Origin: Flectonema sp. DT1601
Taxonomy: Eukaryota
Direction: 5' to 3'
NCBI GenBank assembly: GCA_964019425.1
Contig: OZ025791.1
Span: 992,001 to 1,056,000, forward strand
DNA: 64,000 nt
In this document: positions 1 to 9,775 of the stretch, piece after piece
How positions within the stretch are numbered: position 1 is the first letter of the stretch
Layout of the letters: each line of letters opens with the position of its first letter
Notes under the pieces: model-generated
Databases searched by the model: none
Seen by the model: only the letters and a program-made list of their open reading frames with translations
What the model was told of the DNA's origin: nothing
Program-made: the position numbers and the translations under genes

Positions 1-1431
1 AGGAGCAGCCGACTAAAAACAAGGTTAGGAGGATCTGTAAGTTTAATCGTTCAAGACCCGGACAACCTTGTAAAATCCGCAGTCCGAGGATTCCCCAGCG
101 GAAGGGAGATGAAAATAAGCTCAGTTGGAACAGAAGAGATCGCAGATTCAACGGAAACAATGCCCTCAGAAGGATTAGAAGGAAATGTGGTTGGGAAGAT
201 CCTGTTGGACATGATGGAGGGATGCCCAGGAGGGACGAAGAGGCGGCATGCCGAGGATTCCGTCACATACATGTCAATGCACGGCTCTCGAAGAGGGCAA
301 CTTCGAAGTTGGCAGAGAAACATGCAAGAGAATTGGTTGAGTGTGGTATTGCAGTGCCGAGTGATTCTGTACCGCTGTCTCGGAATGTACCATTTACAGT
401 GTATGAGGAGAGGGAGACGGGGAACAGACAGCGGTTCATCCTCTGGACAAAGAGCAGAACGAACTGATCCCGTCTGGGAGATATGAACCATTCGTTCCAC
501 TGCAGCACATTTCTTGTTACCTGGATGCTGTACATTCGGAGGTGGCATCCTGCAGGGACTTCAAGACTGGATTCTACCAGGTCTGCATACCTGAAGGGTC
601 AACTTCACTCTTCAGTTTCTCTGATTCGGCTGGGAAGGTTTATTCTTTGACTCGACTTCCGATGGGTCATGTGTGTGCCCCAGAATTGATGAACACCATC
701 GCTGCAGTAGTTGCTGGTGACCCGCTGTTCGTTAAGAAAGAATTTGCGGAGGAGGAAGTTGGGATTCACTGGTGGATCGATAACATTAGGTTATTTGGTC
801 CCAAGGAAGGTTAAATGCGCAGCTGAGAGGATGGACTCCTTTGCCAGAATGGCAAACATCACATGGAAACCAAGTGATACTGTGGATCTCTCTCCGGAGT
901 TCTTGGGGATCACCTTTGATCACCATACGGACAGGGTGAGCTTGGGGACCAAGAATTGGGAGAAAAATCAAGAACACCAACCTTGATTCATTGACTGCAT
1001 CGGAGTTGGAGTCCTTAGGAAGTCGCCTGTTGCATGCCAGCTCCATTGTTGGAGTTCCACCTGGGAAGTACTGGTTTAGCTTGAAGTATCTTCGCAGGGT
1101 CACAAATTACTTGAACAAGGGGACCCTACAAGTACAGCAGGTAAAATTGCCCCGTTCAGTAAGGAGGGAATTAGAAATGTGGATCGGTGCTGTGCAGAAG
1201 GAGAGGGTGCTCGATTTAATTGGGAATATCCGTGCTTATGGTGGCTGTGTGTTTGCTTCTCCGGTTTCAAGCACAGCAAGGGGGATAGTGCTTGCAAGTG
1301 ATACACCGGAACACGTGGATTCTAGTTCCCCACAAGAAGTATGGGCCCACAAGTTCCTGGAACGGTTGGGCACACTGTCGTGGAACCACTGCGAAAGTAG
1401 CGTGCATTTGGAGACTTTTTATACACCATGA
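1..1431 (+). mobile_element. Degenerate VIPER/TATE-like (tyrosine-recombinase/DIRS order) retroelement: frameshifted reverse transcriptase plus partial RNase H region
   Basis: ORFs 222-467, 542-814, 711-986 and 991-1431 join across about 3 frameshifts (near 450, 810, 960). Joined they read PFTVYEERETGNRQRFILWT..VPLQHISCYL..DFKTGFYQV..LTRLPMG..WIDNIRL..FLGITFD, the motif series of kinetoplastid VIPER/TATE RTs. The element probably extends beyond the left window edge. Confidence 0.8.
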
Positions 1432-1948
1432 TATTTATAATTACGGTATTTCCTTTTTTCCTTTTTTTTTTTTTTTACAGATTTTGTTAAAAGCACAAAC
1501 ACTTTTAAAAAAAATGAAGCTTCCATTTTGTTCATAGATCTGCCCCAGTTACTCAGTGTAACTCGGAAGCTCTTTCAGACACCACGCTGTTTCTTTTTAT
1601 TTATATAAGCCAATGTCTCTATTAGTTTTTCTGACGATATCAAATATTTCTATCCCTTTATCAGTTCTCACACCTGTTCATCACAAGAAAACTTATATTA
1701 AATTAAGTCCCACCCTTCCCCCGCCGGTGTCCCGTCGAATCGAAACGGCCCGACACAACCTACACAGTGCACCGCAAAGATCTCAGTTAACTGCATGTTC
1801 ATTCAATTAAGTATACTTCTCTTTCCCCGGTGCATACAGTTTTGGAAGGCTAATTACCACACAACCCCCTGCAATGCACGGAATTACTTATAATTTTTGT
1901 GAGCCCTTGTTTTCACCCCCTCAGGTACCACACTTTTTGAGATTTTTA

Positions 1949-1992
1949 TAACGGGAATTAGGGTTTGATTCTGGAGGGAGCCTGAGAAACGG
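1949..1992 (+). pseudogene. Short degenerate 18S rRNA fragment
   Basis: taacgggaattagggtttgattctggagggagcctgagaaacgg closely matches the conserved eukaryotic SSU segment TAACGGGGAATTAGGGTTCGATTCCGGAGAGGGAGCCTGAGAAACGG. The flanks are not rRNA-like. Confidence 0.7.
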
Positions 1993-3698
1993 ATCGTCTT
2001 TTCGCGTTAGTGCGAGGTGCAGTTGTCTGAGGAGCACGCCTTGTCGGTTCTTGTATTCCCGAAGTGCTTGTATTTTCGGAGGCATGCAGATGTTGCCTTT
2101 TCCCACTACGATCTAGTATCCTCATTACCGGTCCTGGCAAATCCGCGACGACATACTCAGCTGGTATCTGTGTGACACTTCATTGAGAGAAGTTAAGCTG
2201 GGGCTGAAGGGAATAATAAGTGAGAAAAAATGCCAATCTCTGATGCATTTACTACAATGCCCTCGCCAGAACCAAACTGCTCAACCAGTGTTCTCAGAGT
2301 TTCCATCTTGATTCTTAAAGGATAAGATCATCTTCAGCAGACCATAGTCAGTTGTAAGCAACCTCATTAAGAATTTTGCTATCTGTTTTGAAAAAATAAA
2401 GAACCGTAACCCTTCACGTTTCTTCAATAATAAGTTCAGTTCGCAAATAAGGAGGAAGGATGAAATAAAATAAAAGAAAAATTGAGATGATTTGCAGGAA
2501 ATAACTTTTTTTTTTTTTTGAGAACGATAAGCAAAAGTGCTAGTTAGTAAGTGGCATTATCTTCCCAGCTGCCCTTGCCCGTTGACTAACATATTAGCCA
2601 TGATCGGGGGAACTTTGATACGATACGAAAAGATTTGGGGGAAGGGAGATTCCATTCAATTTCTAAAACATTTCTTGAAAATAATCACATCCCATACCAC
2701 GAAAGAAAATAAAAAATCCACCAAGCTAATCCATCTAAAAGGATGATAACGATACCAACCTGTAAGGGCAGAATCAAAAGACAGCTCAAAATGACCGTCA
2801 GTTTTAGGTCTTAACTGCTGAGGACCAAAAATGTCATAGATACCTGCGAATAGACACCTAAATAAAAGTGTAAATATTTTTTTCTTTTTCTTTTTTTTTT
2901 AAAGTCAAAAAAAATACGGGTGTAAAAATACCACAATAAATAAAACGTGGTGAACTTTCTTTTAATTATGCAAAGGGAGAAGAGGTGACATATTTATAAG
3001 AATATAAATAATTGAATCATCAAAGTTAACTAATAATATTACTAACAATATTAACAATTCGTCCAGGACCAGTCAACTTGGTCGTCTCGGGACGCCAGAA
3101 AGCGAGTAGGGAATATAGCGTCCTCGGAAACCACCGCACAGTCAGGCGACAAATAAAATACCAAGCGATTCCTTAGGATTCTCGGAACGAGTTTAATTAA
3201 AAGTAACTTCCTGTGTTTGTTTGATGGTCTTTATTTAGTTCCTGACGAATTAATTTACAACTCGAGGGATAGGTAACTTTTTAGATGATTAAAGGCTCAC
3301 TTAACCTGCCCCTCAATTAATAACCATATGAGACTGTTTACTGGTAATGTTGGGCATCGGAGCACTCTTTGGATTAAGGTGAGAGATTCTTTTTTTCTTT
3401 TATGTAAAGGGAGAGAAGGTGACACATTTATAAGAATATAAATATTAAAAACCCCACGTCAAAGAATGTAACCAGCATCCACAAAAAATAAAAAGTTATT
3501 GCAATCCAATGACAGAAGAAACCGACACATCAGTAACTTCTAAAAATATTATGAAAAGCAAGGCAGCGTACTATGAAGGGATGAGATAGAGAATGGTGTA
3601 AATAAAAAGGAAGAAAGTCACAAATTATTATACATTGAAGCGGACTTGTTTACCTCTTGAATTGTAACAATTCAGAATGCAGAATGCACAGGAATTCC

Positions 3699-5627
3699 TT
3701 ATTTAGCTTCACATTTCTCGGATACAATCAGCCCAGTTTTTCTGTAATCGTCAGCTCTGACTGTTTCAGCTGTGTCTGGATGAAGACTGACTACTCGCGA
3801 CATAAAACAGACTTGCGTAGGAAAAGGATGAGCTTCATGGACCCAGGACATATCGACATCTCCTTTACCTTCTACTTTCAAGGTTTCCGGAATCAAGTCA
3901 CGATGTTTACGTTCACCACTTTCAAGGTACATCCCAATCGCCTCGTTCACTTCAGTCACGGCTGTGTTAGTATTGCGACAGAGATCATACATCCACTCTT
4001 CTTGAGCAGCTTCCGCAATTGCAAGGAGTGTGAATGCTTTCAACTTCCTGGATTCCGCTTTGTAATTGTCGTACATTTGAACCTTACTGCGGCACAAAAA
4101 CGAAGCACCGGGAACTGCAATGGATGTTTTCTCATCAATCAGGTTGTGAAGACTCAATCTGGCCGCAAGGGAACTGAGTACCTCCGCTGTTTGATTCGAC
4201 TGCCCCAAATTAACAAACCCTCGCTGATGGTCTCCTCCAATGTTGCCACAGACGTCTTTGCTGTGGCAGCAGCCAAAAGTGACACCTTCTAATTCAGCAA
4301 CGCTGTGATGAATTAGATCCATTGCTGAAGATATCTTCCCTCTATAGGTTATGTAGAATACTCCCGCTGGTGACATTGAGAGGTTTCCCTTCGTTCTGCT
4401 GGACATCAGAAATAGCCAATTAGAAAGTTGAGCAAACTTTTTGCAAACATTCTGATGCTCTGAGTGATTCACCTGACCTTCTGCGAACTTATTAGAAACA
4501 GCAACAATCGTACATGGACGACGGTCAAGTCCGAGTGCGAGACGAGAAGCAACCTTTACAGACTGGGATGTTGCTGTTGATGCTGACAACGATTGTGCTG
4601 TTCCGGAACACGTACTCTGCTTGGCACCACCATCCGACTCATCACTGTCACCGTCAATCAAGTGAGATGGTAAGTAAGGTTTATACAGCTTCAGGTTCCC
4701 AGCAATGATAAGAAACGCCACTTGCAGCTCATCTGGGTTCTCCAATTCATTTAAATATTCGACCTCTTCAAGACGGAACCCACTTATCGACTCGGCAATC
4801 CTACTGGCCTGCACCTTGCTGCTGTACAGGTCTCGACATTGCTGAATACTTCTCCAATGCTCTATGCTGGTGTAGATCAACAACCCCGTCAGAATGGCGA
4901 TGACACCAAACCCGAGAACCGAAATGATCGAGCTGGTACGAGTGGTGCCATCCAACGAGGAAAGCCTCTCCTCAGACCGCGCAAAGAAATCATCAATCGG
5001 CTTCATGATGCCAGCCTTCTCACGATGGTAAGGCAAACCATGTACCAATCCCATCGCGTATGTTTGATTAGGAGGAGCTGACACACTGAACTCCTGCAGC
5101 TGCTCCACAGTCAGCCCGCTGGTGTTGACATTCACATTCTGATCTGTCGGCCGGTATTTCCCAATCATCGCGTGGTAGGCTACGTTCTCAAGATCGATCA
5201 AAGCATCGCTTCTGCTCTTTGCCAACGTAACCATACCCAATTCCTCAGCGGTGAACCCAGCCTGTTTCATTCTGGAATCCAACGACGATGGCGGCCCACT
5301 CGGCCTCGGTTGACCCCCCGTCACGTACAAGTCCCAGTAAATCCTGTGCGGATAAATGGGGAGTGGCATCTTACCGTCTCTGATCGAGATCACGTCCAGG
5401 AAATAATCCCAATACGATGAGTTACCTGTTACCGTGTACGTCCTCACGAACCTCGTCAGGTCATCCGAACTCTGTCTCAACTCCGTCGCCAGTCGCAGTG
5501 TCTTCAACATCGTGTCGTTGGAATCGGTGATCTTCTTCTGCAGCTGATAGTTTATTATAATTATCGTCAGTAGCAAAGCCACGCATAACAGATTTATTCC
5601 AATTACCAACTTTGCGTTGACGGCCAT
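3699..5627 (-). CDS. Two-TM receptor: bacterial-type helical sensor domain, HAMP-like linker and degenerate class III nucleotidyl cyclase domain (paralog A)
   Basis: 642-aa ORF. TM1 at about aa7-27; sensor LATELRQSSDDLTRFVRTY..IRDGK..HRIYWDL..GFT.EE..YHREKAGIMKPIDDFF; TM2 at about aa233-253; then NLKLYKPYLP, cyclase-like GNIGGDHQRGFVNLG and EEWMY. Confidence 0.85.
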   Translation of the reverse strand: MAVNAKLVIGINLLCVALLLTIIIINYQLQKKITDSNDTMLKTLRLATELRQSSDDLTRFVRTYTVTGNSSYWDYFLDVISIRDGKMPLPIYPHRIYWDLYVTGGQPRPSGPPSSLDSRMKQAGFTAEELGMVTLAKSRSDALIDLENVAYHAMIGKYRPTDQNVNVNTSGLTVEQLQEFSVSAPPNQTYAMGLVHGLPYHREKAGIMKPIDDFFARSEERLSSLDGTTRTSSIISVLGFGVIAILTGLLIYTSIEHWRSIQQCRDLYSSKVQASRIAESISGFRLEEVEYLNELENPDELQVAFLIIAGNLKLYKPYLPSHLIDGDSDESDGGAKQSTCSGTAQSLSASTATSQSVKVASRLALGLDRRPCTIVAVSNKFAEGQVNHSEHQNVCKKFAQLSNWLFLMSSRTKGNLSMSPAGVFYITYRGKISSAMDLIHHSVAELEGVTFGCCHSKDVCGNIGGDHQRGFVNLGQSNQTAEVLSSLAARLSLHNLIDEKTSIAVPGASFLCRSKVQMYDNYKAESRKLKAFTLLAIAEAAQEEWMYDLCRNTNTAVTEVNEAIGMYLESGERKHRDLIPETLKVEGKGDVDMSWVHEAHPFPTQVCFMSRVVSLHPDTAETVRADDYRKTGLIVSEKCEAK

Positions 5628-5817
5628 TTTTGTGAACGTGCACTGTGTTGAGAAATGAAAAAATGAGAATGGAAATACCTTTTTTCAAACAAACTTGTTA
5701 CGTCCCATAGCGCTTGCTTAGCGGGTAATTCAGTTTCAAGCCGTCAAGGTATAAAATATTAACCTCCGACAGCTTCATATTTCAGTTCGACTATGTGAAC
5801 CAGCGAAGTGACTGAAG

Positions 5818-6633
5818 TTACTTCGTTGGTTGATGGTCATCTTCCTCATCAGTCCAAAGCGAAACATTTTCACGCAATCTGTCGAGCACTGCTTGGGCGT
5901 GAACTCTTTCATTTGGTACCAGCGCGTCTATGATGACATTCGCTTCGACGAATGCCTGCTTCGCGATATCAACACCCTGCTCAGGTGATTTCATTACTTC
6001 GTAATAAAATATCGAACGGTTGAGAGCGACTCCGAGACGAAGAGGATGAGCGGCAGGAAGCCATTCGTCGGCAAGTCGGGCTGCAGTTTTATACGAACAT
6101 TCCGCCTGATTTCGGGGAACTGTGTCAGGAGCAGCATCATTGCTGTCACAAAGGTAACGATGGTAGTCACCAATCATTGTGTGCAGTAGCACATGCGACG
6201 CCGCGTCAATTTCAGGGATTCGAAGTCGTTCCAAAATGGGAGGCAACAGTTTGATAGCATCCTCACATATCGCGCGGATGTCTCGCTCGCTATCTGACTT
6301 AACGTCATTGAGATACGATTCGTCTGATGTTCCATCGACTCGCAATAGTCTCAGAGCTCCTCTGTGGCTGTCGACGTTCAATTTAAAAGCAGCGCACAGT
6401 AATTCCACCTCCTTCAGACTTAAGCCTGGTGCTACCTTTAAAAGTGATATAGCGCAGACCAACATTTCAGGTCCCCTCCCAACCTCCTCCAGCAACGTAG
6501 CGATCCCGCTTAGCGCTTCCACATTCTTCGGTGGTACATAAGCGTCTAACGGGACTGGTTTTATTAAAAAGTCTTCGGGATCTGTCATAAGGTACTTCTC
6601 TCTTATTGATTCATTTTGTTTTGCTGACAACAT
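5818..6633 (-). CDS. Divergent 14-3-3 family protein (start uncertain: ATG 6633 or 6588; frame open to 6963)
   Basis: LLCAAFK..HRGALR, GDYHRYL, HPLRLGVALNRSIFYYE and LRENVSLW match conserved 14-3-3 helices. Confidence 0.85.
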   Translation of the reverse strand: MLSAKQNESIREKYLMTDPEDFLIKPVPLDAYVPPKNVEALSGIATLLEEVGRGPEMLVCAISLLKVAPGLSLKEVELLCAAFKLNVDSHRGALRLLRVDGTSDESYLNDVKSDSERDIRAICEDAIKLLPPILERLRIPEIDAASHVLLHTMIGDYHRYLCDSNDAAPDTVPRNQAECSYKTAARLADEWLPAAHPLRLGVALNRSIFYYEVMKSPEQGVDIAKQAFVEANVIIDALVPNERVHAQAVLDRLRENVSLWTDEEDDHQPTK

Positions 6634-7849
6634 TAAAATTAAAGGATCCGTGAAATCACAGTCGGTCGGCAAATCTTGAAAAGAATGTGGTCGGAATTTG
6701 CGGGAACTCGCGACTGCGAAAAAAGCAAAAACGTTTTTTGTGTGTTTGCAAAACTTCTGACTAGCAGCATGAAAACGAAAAGCGAGCATTGTGAAATAGG
6801 TAATACGCATAAAGCCTAACAAAGGAACGTTGTAACCCGCAAATACGTCAACAACAAGAAAAAAGGAAGAGTTGCTACTACCGCCTAGCTTAAATATAAA
6901 GTCATCTTTGTGAACGTGCCCTGTGTTGAGAATGAAATAGAACCAGCAGAACACCAATATCACAATAACACCTCAACAAAAGGCCCTAATTGTGGTTGTA
7001 ATTAATGATTTTTTTTAAAAAAAATCAACGCTAAAAAGCGAAGCTAAAATCAGCTTGGTGGTAAGTGATCTTGTGTACGGTACTAATGAATTGAGAGATG
7101 TTTCTCCGACGAATGAGCTGTAATTAACATCATATGAATGGTCGTAAGAAACACAATAAATAAAATAAATAAAAAAGTTAGAAAGAGGAAGATAGAAATG
7201 AACTGTCGGAGGGGGGTCATGGAAATGGTTGAAAAACCATATCCTTGATTGGTAATGGAACGGTTGAGCTGAAAACTATGCAACGATTGCAAACGAAAAC
7301 TACATATTAAGGAATAATAACAAAAAATGTACACTCAAGTGTGAAGTGCTTTTACGAGTTAATCAGTGATTATAAATCTACTGACCGATCACCAAGAATG
7401 AAGACTGCAACATACCAATACAAAATTTAACCAGACGATGACATTATAAAAACGGAGAGAGAGTAAAACAGGCAGAGTAAAACAGGAAGAGTAAAACGGT
7501 TAAGTAGTAAATTAATGATAACATGTCGATTCTTCGATACGTCTTATACACTGAAAAAAACTGAAATACCGCAGAGGCTACGCGAACGTAGAGCACCTCT
7601 TGCTTATGTTACCGTAACAAATAGAAATTAGGGACTGCACCATATGGTCACTTGGTGCTAGTGTTGTACAATGCACGTAGTCAGCTAATTCTGCTGACCA
7701 ACAAAGAAAAAGCTAAACATACGAAGTAAACATACGTTTGGGAAGTTGGGTACAATCGAACAGTTACTGGTTTTTTTCGATAACAACAATAGTGACTGAC
7801 TGTAAATACCACTTAGTGCTAACTAACTTACATATGATGAATGGCATTC

Positions 7850-9775
7850 TCAAGAATAGAGAAGAGTTGATGGACCAGACCTTGGCAATCCTTGACATCT
7901 GTAGCCGTCACTTTTAATGACAGCAGCTGTTTCCGGATGAAGACTAATTGCTCGCTCCATAAAAAAGACTTGTGAAGGTAAAGGATCCACTTCAAAAACC
8001 CAACTCAAGTCAATCACTTTCTTATCCATATTAACTAATTTGGGTATCGCATCACGATCTTCTCTTTTACCTGTTTCAATGTATGTTCCAATCCTTAAAT
8101 TAACACTAGTCACAGGGTTGTCAATACTACGGCTGAGTCCGTACATCCACTCTTCTTGACAGGCCTCTGCAATATCAAGAAGAGTGTAGGCTCTTAGATG
8201 ACTGTGTTCTGATTGATCGTAAATTTGAACTTTACATCTGTACAACAACACAGCACTGGGGACAGCATCAGCTGTTTTCTCTTCGATTAAATTCTGAACA
8301 CGTAATCTTGCCGCAAGTAAACTGAGCACCTCAGCTGTGTGTGTTGAGTGTCCAAGAATTACAAATCCTCGCTGATGCTCACCTCCGATATTGCCACAAA
8401 TATCTTTATTGTAGCAGCAGCCTACTGTGACATTGTCTAACTCAGAAATGCTGTGATGAATTAGTTCCAATGCTGAGGATATCTTCCCTCGATAAGTTAT
8501 AAAGAATGTTCCTGACAGTGACATTGAGAGGTTACCTTTTGTTCTGCTGGATACATGAAAAAGCCAATTAGAAAGTTGAGCAACTTTCTTGCAGATGCCG
8601 GGGTACTCACCAATAGAGATGTGACCGTCAACCAATGAATTAGAAACAGCAATGATTGTGGACGGACGTTTTTCAAGTCCGAGTGCAAGACGAGAGAAGC
8701 TGGCCTGCCTCACAGGGGGTGCATTCAAACTTCCAAATGATGAGTTCATACTTACGGTACTCTGTTTCGCAAAAGATACTCTAGACTCATCACTGTCACC
8801 GTCAATCAAGTGAGATGGTAAGTAAGGTTTATACAGCTTCAGGTTCCCAGCAATGGTTATGAACGCCTGTTGTAATTCATCCGGGTTTTCAAGTCTATTT
8901 AAATATTCGACCTCCCCAAGACGAAATCCACTTATCGAGTCAGCAATCTTTCTGGCCTGCACCTTGCTGCTGTACAGGTCTCGACATTGCTGAATACTTC
9001 TCCAATGCTCTATGCTGGTGTAGATCAACAGCCCCGTCAGAATGGCGATCACAACGAACCCGAGAACTGATATAATAGTACCATTGCGAGTAGAGCTCTC
9101 CAGTCCGAGAATCCTCACCTCAGAGAGTACAAAGAAATCATCAATCGGCTTCATGATGCCAGCCTTCTCACGATGGTAAGGCAAACCATGTACCAATCCC
9201 ATCGCGTATGTTTGATTAGGAGGAGCTGACACACTGAACTCCTGCAGCTGCTCCGCAGTCAGCCCGCTGGTGTTGACATTCACATTCCGATCTGTCGGCC
9301 GGTATTTCCCAATCATCGCGTGGTAGGCTACGTTCTCAAGATCGATCAAAGCATCGCTTCTGCTCTTTGCCAACCTAACCATACCCAATTCCTCTTCGGT
9401 GAACCCAGCTTGTTTCATTCTGGAATCCAACGACGATGGCGGCCCACTCGGCCTCGGTTGACCCCCCGTCACGTACAAGTCCCAGTAAATCCTGTGCGGA
9501 TAAATGGGGAGTGGCATCTTACCGTCTCTGATCGAGATCACGTCCAGGAAATAATTCCAATACGATGAGTTACCTGTTACCGTGTAAGTCCTCACGAACC
9601 TCGTCAGGTCATCCGAACTCTGTCTCAACTCCGTCGCCAGTCGCAGTGTCTTCAACATCGTGTCGTTTGTATCAGCGATGTGCCGCTGCAGCTGATGGTT
9701 GACGGCAATGACTGCGAGCAGCAGGACGACGCATATTAAATTAATCCCTATTATTAATTTTGCGTTTACTGCCAT
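7850..9775 (-). CDS. Two-TM receptor, sensor plus degenerate cyclase (paralog B of 3699-5627)
   Basis: 641-aa ORF with the same architecture. The sensor is nearly identical to paralog A and the C-terminal half is diverged. Confidence 0.85.
   Translation of the reverse strand: MAVNAKLIIGINLICVVLLLAVIAVNHQLQRHIADTNDTMLKTLRLATELRQSSDDLTRFVRTYTVTGNSSYWNYFLDVISIRDGKMPLPIYPHRIYWDLYVTGGQPRPSGPPSSLDSRMKQAGFTEEELGMVRLAKSRSDALIDLENVAYHAMIGKYRPTDRNVNVNTSGLTAEQLQEFSVSAPPNQTYAMGLVHGLPYHREKAGIMKPIDDFFVLSEVRILGLESSTRNGTIISVLGFVVIAILTGLLIYTSIEHWRSIQQCRDLYSSKVQARKIADSISGFRLGEVEYLNRLENPDELQQAFITIAGNLKLYKPYLPSHLIDGDSDESRVSFAKQSTVSMNSSFGSLNAPPVRQASFSRLALGLEKRPSTIIAVSNSLVDGHISIGEYPGICKKVAQLSNWLFHVSSRTKGNLSMSLSGTFFITYRGKISSALELIHHSISELDNVTVGCCYNKDICGNIGGEHQRGFVILGHSTHTAEVLSLLAARLRVQNLIEEKTADAVPSAVLLYRCKVQIYDQSEHSHLRAYTLLDIAEACQEEWMYGLSRSIDNPVTSVNLRIGTYIETGKREDRDAIPKLVNMDKKVIDLSWVFEVDPLPSQVFFMERAISLHPETAAVIKSDGYRCQGLPRSGPSTLLYS

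Noticed and set aside
1725..1760. GC-rich hairpin, possible tRNA
   Set aside because: No cloverleaf, T-loop or D-loop consensus.
1993..2380. Coding-looking minus-strand segment
   Set aside because: Only short frames interrupted by stops and no recognisable family; cannot support a call.
3657..4292. 211-aa plus-strand ORF
   Set aside because: Overlaps receptor A antisense, is not conserved in paralog B and has no motifs.
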